Part shown: one piece after another, positions 39,108-48,478 of the stretch
Layout: the number at the start of each line of letters is the position of its first letter
Position numbering within the stretch: position 1 is the stretch's first letter
Assembly (NCBI GenBank): GCA_043827025.1
Contig: JBDRPL010000032.1
Coordinates: 45,870-109,869 of the forward strand
Length of the DNA: 64,000 nt
From: Candidatus Micrarchaeota archaeon
GTDB taxonomy: Archaea; Micrarchaeota; Micrarchaeia; Anstonellales; Bilamarchaeaceae
Reading direction: 5' to 3'
The notes under the pieces: generated by a model
What the model was told of the DNA's origin: nothing
Seen by the model: only the letters and a program-made list of their open reading frames with translations
The model's database searches: none
Position numbers and translations under genes: made by a program

Positions 39108-39281
39108 ATGGGCCCTGTTTGTCCAAAATGTAAATCAAAAGATGTAGTTCGTATTTTATATGGGAAACCTTCAAATCAGACACTTGAAAGATCTGAAAGA
39201 GGAGAGATTAAACTTGGAGGTTGTTGCATTTCTGGCAATGATCCCAAAAACTACTGCAAAAACTGTAAGAATGAATGGTAA
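39108..39281 (+). CDS. 57-aa zinc-binding small protein, absent from the ORF track
   Basis: Translated by hand: MGPVCPKCKSKDVVRILYGKP...GEIKLGGCC...YCKNCKNEW; TATA-like TTTATAAA about 25 bp upstream. Confidence 0.75.
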   Translation: MGPVCPKCKSKDVVRILYGKPSNQTLERSERGEIKLGGCCISGNDPKNYCKNCKNEW

Positions 39282-39286
39282 TCTTT

Positions 39287-40585
39287 TCAGCCAATCGTTA
39301 TATCTTTAACTCGTATGTGTGGCCCGCCATCAGAAACAGGCATTTTTTGCCCGCCTTTCCCACATACTCCAGGGGAGGTTTCAAAATCATTACCCACTAT
39401 CTCTACTTTTTTCAGCGTCTCAAGTATGTTTCCTATTATTGCAACGTCACGGAGCTGTTCACTTATCTCGCCATTCTTTATTCTGAATGCCTCTTCTGCT
39501 TTGAACATGAATCCTCCTGAGAATATGTCAACACTTCCTCCCAACATTCCTTTCAAGTAGATTCCATCTCTGACATCAAAGACATCTTCCTTCTTTGCAG
39601 TTCCTGGCTGGAAGTAGGTGTTGCCCATCCTTACTATGGGAAAATCAGAATATGTTTCTGCCCTTGTGTGTCCATTGGGCTGCATTCCCAGTTGGTGAGC
39701 TGTTTCTCTTGAAAGGAGGTATCCTCTGACAACTCCATTTTCAATTAGGGTGGCTTTCTTCGCTGCAACGCCTTCGTCGTCGTAAGCGTAATGGCCGAAA
39801 TCATTTGCAATAGGGTCGTCGATTATGTTTACCATTTCATTTCCTATCATGGCACCCAACTTTCCTTCCAATATTGATTCGTTTTCAATTACTGCATCTG
39901 CTTCGCATGCATGGCCTATGGCCTCATGGCTTAGAACACCTGTCATCTCTGGATTGAGCACCACTGTGAAAGTGCCTTTTGGAGGGAGTTTTGCATTCAA
40001 TATTCTCTTTATTTTTTCATTGGCTTTTTTAGCAACCTGGTTGGCATCTATTTTTTCGAAACCGATGGTGTTTGCCTGCCTTTCGTGCGCCACTTGAACA
40101 GTATCTCTTTTTCCTATTGCTTGTATTGATAAATAGGTATAAACCTGTTTTTGGAGTATTTCGCTTCCTTCAGAACTACAAAATCTTTTTTCAATTATCC
40201 TTTCGTTAAGTCCCAATATTCTGTTCTTTATTTCTTTTGCATCCATCTCTTTCTTGGCATCGAGCAATCTTTTGATTTTCTCTTCAGTAGGTATAGTCTG
40301 GATTCTTGCTTCTGTCTGCGATTTCACTATCTCCACCTCAGCAAGTTTCACATCTCCTTTGCTTATGGACGCCAATTTCTCGGCTTTTTTCAATAATTCT
40401 TTTATTTCTTTAGTATCTGTTCCACTTGCAAATCCCCAGGCGCCATTTGCTAGTACGCGCACTGAAATTCCAAAACTAATGCCTTCATAGGGTCTTATCT
40501 CATCATCCTTTATCCTTATCGAACTCAGGGTTTCCGTGACTTCTCTCACGTCTGCATATTGGTATTTTGAGAGAAAGTTGATCAT
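39287..40585 (-). CDS. tldD: TldD/PmbA-family metalloprotease
   Basis: HEAIGHACEAD, YDDEG, RMGNT and CGKGGQ motifs. Confidence 0.93.
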   Translation of the reverse strand: MINFLSKYQYADVREVTETLSSIRIKDDEIRPYEGISFGISVRVLANGAWGFASGTDTKEIKELLKKAEKLASISKGDVKLAEVEIVKSQTEARIQTIPTEEKIKRLLDAKKEMDAKEIKNRILGLNERIIEKRFCSSEGSEILQKQVYTYLSIQAIGKRDTVQVAHERQANTIGFEKIDANQVAKKANEKIKRILNAKLPPKGTFTVVLNPEMTGVLSHEAIGHACEADAVIENESILEGKLGAMIGNEMVNIIDDPIANDFGHYAYDDEGVAAKKATLIENGVVRGYLLSRETAHQLGMQPNGHTRAETYSDFPIVRMGNTYFQPGTAKKEDVFDVRDGIYLKGMLGGSVDIFSGGFMFKAEEAFRIKNGEISEQLRDVAIIGNILETLKKVEIVGNDFETSPGVCGKGGQKMPVSDGGPHIRVKDITIG

Positions 40586-40604
40586 AGTATCATCTTGTTT
40601 TTGC

Positions 40605-40940
40605 CTATTCTGCAGGTTCTGGCTTTAAGTCTTGTATCTTGTCAGCATATTCCCTGAGTATTTTTTTCTTTTCCCGATTTTCAGTCACTCCGCACAAATA
40701 GTAATCTCCTGCAGGCACGATTATGATATAACTCTGCCCGGTTGAAATTTCTATCTCATTGTTTTTATCCTTCATCGTCTTCATTATGGTTTCGATTATG
40801 TTCGACATCGAGGCTATTATTCCCGAGGTGTTGCTGTCAAGGGCTAATGTAGAGTATGCCTTCACCCCATCCTTTCTTATCAGTGCACCATCCACTCCGG
40901 CATCCTTCATCTGGTTCATAATATTTGTTATTTCTTCCAT
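40605..40940 (-). CDS. Roadblock/LC7-domain protein
   Basis: GVDGALIRKDG pattern, size and alpha/beta layout. Confidence 0.7.
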   Translation of the reverse strand: MEEITNIMNQMKDAGVDGALIRKDGVKAYSTLALDSNTSGIIASMSNIIETIMKTMKDKNNEIEISTGQSYIIIVPAGDYYLCGVTENREKKKILREYADKIQDLKPEPAE

Positions 40941-40951
40941 TTTTACACCCT

Positions 40952-41683
40952 CTAGATTATGCTTATCCCTGTAGGGCCGAGCTTTATAGGTATGTCATCG
41001 GAAATTTCTGGAACATCCATGCTTAACATGCCGTCCTTTTCAGCTATCTCGAACTTTTCATCCATCATATGCTCAACAACGCTCAGGAGCTTCTTTTCAT
41101 GAACTCCCTCTTCAACGAGCATCAGCGTGGTTGCATTTGCCTTCATCAGCCTTCCGCAAACCACTTGCAGGAATTTCAATATTGATTCTATTGGATTGTA
41201 GAGCATGAATGTGGATAGCGAACTGAACACCACCCTGATCTTTTTTCCGTTTGCCTTTGCCATCCCCTCGTTTATAGCAAGCGAAAGGTCATTTAATGCA
41301 CTTGGGCCAGGGACAACTATTCGTTTTTCAGAAGGTTCCTGGCGATCTCCACTGTTTGAAGTATAGCAGTCTATGAAAAGGAAATTGGGAGCATCCAGTT
41401 TTATTCCAATAGATTGTGCCCTTTGCATCACGTTTTCAATGGCAGAGTCAGAAGATATGAATATTATATATTCATCCGGCTTCCTCAAACCCACTGCAGC
41501 GAACTGGAATGACAGCATCATTTTCTCTACTCCTGTTGGGCCAAGGATCATTATGTTTGCAGGGTTTTTGTAACCTCCTTCGAGTATGAGGTCCAGATCT
41601 TTGATACCTGTTGACATTCTGTCTTTTTTGAGTATAGGTGCGTCCTTATCAACATTCATTTCAGGCATATCCATAGCTATCAC
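40952..41683 (-). CDS. KaiC/RAD55-like ATPase with degenerate Walker motifs
   Basis: STGIKDLD, GPTGVEK, FIDCY and VVFSSLS motifs. Confidence 0.8.
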   Translation of the reverse strand: MIAMDMPEMNVDKDAPILKKDRMSTGIKDLDLILEGGYKNPANIMILGPTGVEKMMLSFQFAAVGLRKPDEYIIFISSDSAIENVMQRAQSIGIKLDAPNFLFIDCYTSNSGDRQEPSEKRIVVPGPSALNDLSLAINEGMAKANGKKIRVVFSSLSTFMLYNPIESILKFLQVVCGRLMKANATTLMLVEEGVHEKKLLSVVEHMMDEKFEIAEKDGMLSMDVPEISDDIPIKLGPTGISII

Positions 41684-41766
41684 TTCTTTTGCAAATTTTA
41701 TAAAGGTTGTTCTTTTTCCTGTAAAAAGAGCTGAAATGTTAAAGAAAATAGAAAAAATAGGATAAA

Positions 41767-42192
41767 TCAGTAGTATTCTGTGCCCCTTCCTGAGTAGTCC
41801 CCACTGGTGAATCCTGAGCAGTCTTCAGAAGGTTCTTTTACGCAGCATCTTTCAACCCAGCTGCTATCTGCTTGTCCAGTCATCATGATTGAGATTATCC
41901 AAGGCATGATTATCCAGATGATTCCCCCTATTATTGCTCCGGTGAACATTGCTGTTGCCCAGACTGTTGCCCTGGCTCTTGTTTCTGCACCAAGGACCTG
42001 TCCGAGTCCGTATATAATTGCTGCCAATACTATAAGTACAAGCGCAACCAATGCCAGCAATCCCTTTGCCATGTCGCATACGGCGCCAAAAGCATTCCTC
42101 AGGTTCTGCGCTGCATCTGCTGCAACTACGATGTTTGCCAATGCAAACAGTAATATTATTGACATAACTATTTTCGGATATTTGGTTATCAT
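41767..42192 (-). CDS. VirB2/TrbC-like pilin
   Basis: Signal peptide plus two TM helices joined by GQxxGAETRARA. Confidence 0.65.
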   Translation of the reverse strand: MITKYPKIVMSIILLFALANIVVAADAAQNLRNAFGAVCDMAKGLLALVALVLIVLAAIIYGLGQVLGAETRARATVWATAMFTGAIIGGIIWIIMPWIISIMMTGQADSSWVERCCVKEPSEDCSGFTSGDYSGRGTEYY

Positions 42193-42322
42193 TTATCTTT
42201 CACCTTTGTATCTCAGTAATTTATTGTAGTCTTGGTAAACTTAGTTTATAAAGGTTTGGGATTCTCCGAACGGTAATGCAATTAGAATAAGTTGAAAAGA
42301 AAATTAAAGAAAAAAATTGGAT

Positions 42323-42733
42323 TTAATTTACTGCAAAGGCACAAGGGTCAGAACCATCACCATATGAGAATCCTGCACCAAGTTGGTCTTGAGGTATCAA
42401 TGTCCTTATTATGCTTGGAATCAGCAAGTAAATCGCAATTCCTACCAAAGCACCAATAATCATTGCAGTAGCCCAAACTGAAGCTCTAGCTCTTGTTTCA
42501 GCACCTGTGATCTGGCCGATTGCATAAACAACTGCAGCAAGCACAATCAAAATCAACGCAGCGCCACCTAAGAGCATCTGTGCGTTGTGACATAATTCTT
42601 TCATTGCATTTGCAATATTTTGTGTTCCTGTGTCCGCAGCGATTGCCAACGTTGCCAAATTAAGTAATACCATCAGCATTATCAGATATTTTCCAATCCT
42701 ATTCATCGATGTCATTGTTTTATATACATCCAT
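42323..42733 (-). CDS. VirB2/TrbC-like pilin, paralog of 41767-42192
   Basis: Shared LIVLAA-Y-GQ-GAETRARA-VWATAM core. Confidence 0.65.
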   Translation of the reverse strand: MDVYKTMTSMNRIGKYLIMLMVLLNLATLAIAADTGTQNIANAMKELCHNAQMLLGGAALILIVLAAVVYAIGQITGAETRARASVWATAMIIGALVGIAIYLLIPSIIRTLIPQDQLGAGFSYGDGSDPCAFAVN

Positions 42734-42815
42734 CTATTTACACCTCATTAAAATTAAGATGAATATGTTTCTGAAGGTTTATAAATGTTGTTTCCTGTAT
42801 TTTTAATCTGATTTC

Positions 42816-44231
42816 ATGGAGAATCCCAAATATCTTGTCACTGTTTTTATCTCTGGTTTCTGTGCAATGATTGTGGAGATTGCAGGAGGAAGAATAATCG
42901 CACCTTATTTGGGAACCACTATCTTCACCTGGAGTGCGGTTATCGGCCTGGTTTTGGGCGCTCTTAGCATAGGGTATTATATCGGGGGAAGATTGGGAGA
43001 TAAATACAATAATGTAAAACAACTCTCCCTCATCTTGATTGTGGCCGGCTTCCTAACACTTACAGTTCCTTTTTTTGCCCGATTGCTTCTTCCGGCAACG
43101 ATGTTCATTGACCTGAAGATCGCAAGCATTATCGCGGCATTCATTCTTGTGCCTTCAAGTCTCTTCTATGGAATGGTCAGCCCTTATATCATAAAACTTG
43201 CAATAAAGAAGGACAGCGAAGGTTCTGTTGCAGGAGATATCTTTTCCACCTCAACAGTTGGAAGCATCTTGGGAGTCCTCGTAACTGGTTTCATACTAAT
43301 TCCAAACATTCCCATTTCTGTGATTTTCATACTCGGCGCCTTTCTAATGCTTCTTTCTTCAGTTATTCTTTCCAGAAGAATTCCTTTCATAGAGCTTGGC
43401 GTTTTTCTTGTCGTCTCATTTTTCATGTCTGGCATCTCGTATTCCCACTTTGTGGAAGGTAATGTGCTTTATGAAGGCGAGAGCCCGTATTATTACATAA
43501 CAGTTACGGACACTGTTTTTGATAACAAAAGCGGCATACTCTTAGGTCTGGATTCGGCATATTATTCAAGTGGTCAGACTAATGATGGTGATTTCCTTTT
43601 TGATTATGCAAAAAAAGTCCGTTTGACTTATCCTCTCCTACGTGATCCTAAAAGCTTTTTGATACTTGGAAATGCTGCAGGCACGCAGGCAATGGATCTT
43701 AGAAAAAATTTCCCGGATTCCGATATAGATACTTTGGAAATTGATGATCGGCTTATTGACATTGGCAAGAAATATTTCAATTTCAAGCCTGACGAAAGAT
43801 TGAGAGTAATAAATGACGATGCAAGAAGGTATGTGAAAGCCACGAATCTTACCTACGATATGATCATAGTAGATACCTATCGTGGCAAGAGCCTGCCTTA
43901 CCATCTGACAACAGTCGAGTTTGTTTCTGAGCTTAAGCATGTACTTAAGGACGATGGCCTGGTGGTGGCGAATACTATTTCCCCGTTAGGCGGGGAGTCT
44001 TCAGAGACCATAAAACTCATTTATTTGGCTTATAGATCCATGTTCAATGATGTCTTTTTGATTCCAATGAATCATTCTGATCTTGGTTCTCAGAATATTC
44101 TTCTAATTGCCAGTGACAGGGATTTGGGTGATTTTCGTATTAAATATTCTGATTTAATTTATAACATAAATACAGGTTCGCTTTCTGTGCCTACTGATGA
44201 ACTGAATCCTATTGAATTGTTCGGTCATTGA
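42816..44231 (+). CDS. Fused membrane/spermidine synthase-like methyltransferase
   Basis: SGFCAMIVEI, APYLGTTIFTWS, EID, DDAR and YHLTTVEF motifs. Confidence 0.88.
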   Translation: MENPKYLVTVFISGFCAMIVEIAGGRIIAPYLGTTIFTWSAVIGLVLGALSIGYYIGGRLGDKYNNVKQLSLILIVAGFLTLTVPFFARLLLPATMFIDLKIASIIAAFILVPSSLFYGMVSPYIIKLAIKKDSEGSVAGDIFSTSTVGSILGVLVTGFILIPNIPISVIFILGAFLMLLSSVILSRRIPFIELGVFLVVSFFMSGISYSHFVEGNVLYEGESPYYYITVTDTVFDNKSGILLGLDSAYYSSGQTNDGDFLFDYAKKVRLTYPLLRDPKSFLILGNAAGTQAMDLRKNFPDSDIDTLEIDDRLIDIGKKYFNFKPDERLRVINDDARRYVKATNLTYDMIIVDTYRGKSLPYHLTTVEFVSELKHVLKDDGLVVANTISPLGGESSETIKLIYLAYRSMFNDVFLIPMNHSDLGSQNILLIASDRDLGDFRIKYSDLIYNINTGSLSVPTDELNPIELFGH

Positions 44232-44267
44232 TAGTTATTTAAAAACCTAATCTCTGAAATCCAAATC

Positions 44268-45038
44268 ATGAACCTCATCCTTGACCTTACCAGGTCTGTT
44301 CAGGACAATGCTGCCACTTATTACGAAAGGGCAAAGGAGCTGAAGAAGAAGAAAGAAGGGCTTGAGGCTGCAATAGAAGAAACTAAGAAAGAGATTGAAT
44401 TAACAAAGGCAAAGGCTGAGGCTGACAAGAAAAAGGTACGTGTCACAAAAGAGAAGAAGTGGTTCGAGAAATTCAACTATTTTACAACCTCAAGTGGAAG
44501 GTTGGCTATAGGTGGCAGAAACGCGCAGCAGAACGATATTGTCTACAAGAAATATTTCGAAGATGCGGACTTGTTTTTTCATGCAGATATCCAGGGAGGT
44601 TCTGCAGTAATTCTAAAAGACGGAATAAATGCAAGCGAAGAAGAATTGCTGGAAGTTGCACAATATACAGCAAGCTTTTCAAATGCCTGGAAAAATGGAA
44701 ACTCAGCAGTTGATGTCTATTGCGTGAAGAAAGAACAGGTATCGAAGCATTCTCATGGCGGATTCATAGCCCAGGGAGCATTTGCAATCACTGGCGAAAA
44801 GAAGTGGTTTCGATCAACTAGCCTTGGCCTTAAGGTTGGTGTTTCTGAAACAGGGATCAATGTCCTTCCAATAGTGTCAAAGGTGAAACTCGGGAAATCC
44901 GTTTCCCTGTTCCCAAGCAAAGTAGGGAAGACAAAGGGAGATTTAATCAAATCATTGTCAAAGTATTTCTCAGCCCATCCGAATGAGCTTATGGAGATAC
45001 TCCCTTCTGGTAATTCAAAAGTGAAATATGACAATTAG
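44268..45038 (+). CDS. NFACT-R RNA-binding protein (C-terminal part of Rqc2/NEMF)
   Basis: WFEKF, GGRNAQQND, FHADIQG and GAFAITG motifs; no NFACT-N domain. Confidence 0.88.
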   Translation: MNLILDLTRSVQDNAATYYERAKELKKKKEGLEAAIEETKKEIELTKAKAEADKKKVRVTKEKKWFEKFNYFTTSSGRLAIGGRNAQQNDIVYKKYFEDADLFFHADIQGGSAVILKDGINASEEELLEVAQYTASFSNAWKNGNSAVDVYCVKKEQVSKHSHGGFIAQGAFAITGEKKWFRSTSLGLKVGVSETGINVLPIVSKVKLGKSVSLFPSKVGKTKGDLIKSLSKYFSAHPNELMEILPSGNSKVKYDN

Positions 45039-45064
45039 TTCGGGGGAGTCAGGAATCCCAGGGA

Positions 45065-45091
45065 AACTAGAGGGGGTGTCCCCCTCTGGTT
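45065..45091. repeat. GC-rich 12-bp hairpin (REP/MITE-like)
   Basis: AACTAGAGGGGG-TGT-CCCCCTCTGGTT, with one G-T pair. Confidence 0.75.
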
Positions 45092-45096
45092 GGCCT

Positions 45097-45180
45097 TTGT
45101 CAAAGTATTTTGGAGCACATCCAAACGAATTGATGGAAATACTTCCTTCTGGCAACTCAAAGGTAAAGTATGACAGCTAA
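45097..45180 (+). repeat. Second, synonymously diverged copy of the last 28 codons of the NFACT gene
   Basis: Aligns without gaps to 44955-45038: 65/84 nt and 25/27 aa identical, with its own stop codon. Confidence 0.92.
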
Positions 45181-45234
45181 TCAAACATAGGTAGGCTTTA
45201 ATTTTTTGCCTGCTAATTACTTGCGGGGATTCAA

Positions 45235-48009
45235 ATTGCAGCGCGAATTGAAGTATTTCTGAAAGACTATAGTCTGGATACCAACGCTCGGAAAGCTGAA
45301 CAGCTTATCAGGTCAGAGCTAGGGCTGGAAGTTTCTTGCAGGTTCATCGATGTTTATAGGGTGGATGCAGAGCTTGAAGATTCGAAGTTCAAAGAATTGG
45401 GAGTAAAAGTCCTGACTGATCCTGTTTCACATGACATCTCATTCGATTCGCCATTCGAAAATACCTGGAGATTCGAAATATCTTCGCAGATCGATTCCCA
45501 GGGTAGGTATGCAAGCGAAGCGATTCGCGATGCCTATGGACTCGACACCAAGGTCAATCATTACGAATTGTATTCTCTTTCTGCAAATGTAGTGCGTGCA
45601 GAACTTGATTTTCTAGATGTCCAGAGGATATCGAAACTATTCTATGATTCTCAACGCCAGCATTGTACAATACTGAAGCCTCGTGAGAATTCTGAATATG
45701 CACCTATTGGGAGTTCAAAACCCAAGCCGGATTTTCAATCATTTTCTATGCCTGCACTTGAAAGCAGACTCGTGCAACTCTCAAATGATTTTTCACTTGG
45801 CCTGTCTGCAAACGAGATGAAGGCGATAAAATACCATTACAAGTCTGCAAAGATAATCACTGCAAGGAAGCGCCTTGGGCTTGATGGCGACATAAATGAA
45901 GTGGAGCTAAATGCAATCGCAGGCCTATGGTCTGAGAGGTGCAAACACAAACTTTTCAATTCAAGGATAAATTATCGAGAGAACGGAGAACTCCATTCAA
46001 TAAATTCGCTTTTCAGGACTTTCATACAAGGTGCTGGAGAAAGGACAAGGAAACCCTACGTGATAAGCGCATTTACAGATAATGCAGGAATAATGAAATT
46101 CAATCCAGATTACGATGCTGTTGTAAAGGTAGAGGCGCAGGATGTTTTCTCAGATCCATATCACAGCTCTCTGGAATGTATGCTCCATACCCAAAGGCAT
46201 GTGCTTGGTACAGGAAGGGGTGCAAAGTTGATTGCAACAACTGACGTGATATGTTCGGATGCTCCTCTTTTGCGCAAAGGTCAGGATGGGAAGGACAAGT
46301 GCAATAGTTTGACAGCTGTTGTGAAAGGCATTTCAGATTCATCTAATAAGGCAGGTGTTCCGATAGTTAATGGCTCTGTTGTTCTGGAAGACTCATTTTC
46401 AATGAATCCCCTGTTATATTGCGGGGCAATAGGCCTTATTCCCTGCTCTGCAAATTCCAAGAATTCTACAGAAAAGCAGGCATCTCATGGAAATCATTTA
46501 GTGATGGTGGGCAGCAGGTTTGCAGATGTTGCTTCTGAAAAGATGGTGGCTGATTTCATAGTGGATGCAAGGGATAATTTTCTTTATTCTGCCATTACTG
46601 ATAGTGGTCAAGGCGGGCTTTCTACAAACATTGCAGACCTTGCACTTCTTTCAGGAGGGTGTGACATAGACTTGGGCAATTGTATCTCATTAAAAGATAA
46701 TCTGGCTTTACCGCAGGTCTTTGTTTCCGAATGCCTGGGGAAGATGATATTAGCAGTCAAACCAGAGGATCTTGAAAAATTAAAATTGCTTTCTGAAAAA
46801 CATGGTGTGGATTTGTCCGTAGCCGGAACATTCACTGAAAACGGTTATATCCGTTTGTTTTATGGGAAACAGGTGGTTGCGTATATTGATTTGAAATTCC
46901 TGCACGAAGATCTTCCTCAACTCGAACTCAATGCAGTATGGAATAAAAAATCATTTCTATTGCCTAATATAAAAGAAACAGATCCCCTTGCAGTTCTCAA
47001 ACTCCTTCTATCAAGCCAAAACATTTCTTCAAGGGAACGCATAACTGAGACATTCAATCTGGATGTTGGCGGAAGGAGCGTTATAAGGCCAAGGATGTTT
47101 TCCCCTCCGGACGCTGCAGTAATCCGCCCTTCCTATGACTCGAATGAAGGCCTTGTGATTGCAAATGGCGTGTGCCCAAAGTATGTGCAGGATGGCCATG
47201 TACTATCTTCAATGGCATTTGATGAAGCAGTAAGGAACGCGATTTCTGCAGGTGCCAAATTCGGTTACCTTGCAGCAATAGACAATTTCTCCTGGCCAGA
47301 TTCGATAAATTCTAATGTGGAGGGCAATTACGCTCTTGGGCAACTGGTACGTGCGTGTATTGGGTTGTATGATGCTTCCACGCAGTACATGGTTCCAATT
47401 ATATCTGGCAAAGATTTTGCATATGTTGACAAAGGATCCGGCATGCTTAATCTATTGATCACAATAGTAGGAAAGATTGATGATGTAAGGTATGCGCTTA
47501 CTCCGGAGTTCAAGAAACCCGGTGACTTTATTTATCTTCTAGGAGAGACAAAGGGAGAGTTGGGTGGAAGTGAGTATTACAGGATTTTTGGAGGCATAGG
47601 TACAGAAACTCCGAAAGTTGATTTTGACACCAACTTCAAATTGTATAAATCCCTGTCAAGTGCAATAGAAGATAAACTTCTTGTTTCATGTCATGATGTT
47701 TCGGATGGAGGTCTTGCAGTAGCTCTTGCCGAGATGTCTTTCCCTTCTGGTTTTGGGCTTGATTTTGATCTTTCAGTCCTACACTCTTCAATGATGAATG
47801 AGGACGCATTGCTTTTTTCAGAGACTCCTGGAAGATTTGTAGTTTGTGTTTCTCCTGAAAATGTGGATCGTTTTGAACAGGCCATGGCAGGCTCTAAGTT
47901 CGCAAAGGCAGGTCGTGTAAGGGGGGACAAACGATTTGTCGTCAGGAGGAATAGCGAGACAATAATAAATGAATCGCTTGAGGAATTAGAGTCAACATGG
48001 AGGAAGTAG
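45235..48009 (+). CDS. purL: PurL-like (FGAM synthase) protein with degenerate active site
   Basis: Two AIR-synthase-like halves; DNAG, DNFSWPD, ISGKD, HDVSDGGL and FSET motifs; frame open from 45217, first ATG/GTG/TTG at 45361, so start uncertain. Confidence 0.8.
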   Translation: MAARIEVFLKDYSLDTNARKAEQLIRSELGLEVSCRFIDVYRVDAELEDSKFKELGVKVLTDPVSHDISFDSPFENTWRFEISSQIDSQGRYASEAIRDAYGLDTKVNHYELYSLSANVVRAELDFLDVQRISKLFYDSQRQHCTILKPRENSEYAPIGSSKPKPDFQSFSMPALESRLVQLSNDFSLGLSANEMKAIKYHYKSAKIITARKRLGLDGDINEVELNAIAGLWSERCKHKLFNSRINYRENGELHSINSLFRTFIQGAGERTRKPYVISAFTDNAGIMKFNPDYDAVVKVEAQDVFSDPYHSSLECMLHTQRHVLGTGRGAKLIATTDVICSDAPLLRKGQDGKDKCNSLTAVVKGISDSSNKAGVPIVNGSVVLEDSFSMNPLLYCGAIGLIPCSANSKNSTEKQASHGNHLVMVGSRFADVASEKMVADFIVDARDNFLYSAITDSGQGGLSTNIADLALLSGGCDIDLGNCISLKDNLALPQVFVSECLGKMILAVKPEDLEKLKLLSEKHGVDLSVAGTFTENGYIRLFYGKQVVAYIDLKFLHEDLPQLELNAVWNKKSFLLPNIKETDPLAVLKLLLSSQNISSRERITETFNLDVGGRSVIRPRMFSPPDAAVIRPSYDSNEGLVIANGVCPKYVQDGHVLSSMAFDEAVRNAISAGAKFGYLAAIDNFSWPDSINSNVEGNYALGQLVRACIGLYDASTQYMVPIISGKDFAYVDKGSGMLNLLITIVGKIDDVRYALTPEFKKPGDFIYLLGETKGELGGSEYYRIFGGIGTETPKVDFDTNFKLYKSLSSAIEDKLLVSCHDVSDGGLAVALAEMSFPSGFGLDFDLSVLHSSMMNEDALLFSETPGRFVVCVSPENVDRFEQAMAGSKFAKAGRVRGDKRFVVRRNSETIINESLEELESTWRK

Positions 48010-48010
48010 T

Positions 48011-48463
48011 ATGGTTGAATACAAAAATCCAGGACACACAGTCATTATCATCATCGAGAGCAAAGAAAATGGCAAACTAGTTTTGACAAAACGAGGCATT
48101 GACCCATTCAAGGGACATCTGTTGTTTCCTGGTGGATTTGTTGAGTATGAGGAAACCGTAGAGCATGCTGCTGAAAGAGAGTCAATGGAAGAGGCCGGCG
48201 TCAAGATAAAACTAAAGGAAATACTTGGCGTTTATTCAAAGCCGGATCGTGATCCCAGGGGCCATAATATCTCAACAGTTTTCATTGCAGAAGCTCTTAA
48301 TGACAATGTGAAGGCAGGGGATGATGCGGAAGAAGCATTCCTTGCAAAGCCAGAAGAGATTGATGTTTCAAAGCTTGGTTTCGACCATCCTCAGATATTC
48401 AAGGACTATCTTGTCTGGAAAAAGAAGAAAGGGACTTATTGGTCTGGGAAAAGTAAGGATTAA
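48011..48463 (+). CDS. Nudix hydrolase (ADP-ribose pyrophosphatase-like)
   Basis: PGGFVEYEETVEHAAERESMEEAG Nudix box; RDPR; GDDA. Confidence 0.92.
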   Translation: MVEYKNPGHTVIIIIESKENGKLVLTKRGIDPFKGHLLFPGGFVEYEETVEHAAERESMEEAGVKIKLKEILGVYSKPDRDPRGHNISTVFIAEALNDNVKAGDDAEEAFLAKPEEIDVSKLGFDHPQIFKDYLVWKKKKGTYWSGKSKD

Positions 48464-48478
48464 ATGGATTAACTAAGA

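Noticed and set aside
44955..45180. Diversity-generating retroelement VR/TR pair (gene 3' end, GC hairpin, repeat)
   Set aside because: Mismatches are not adenine-specific in either copy, are mostly synonymous, and no reverse transcriptase is in the window
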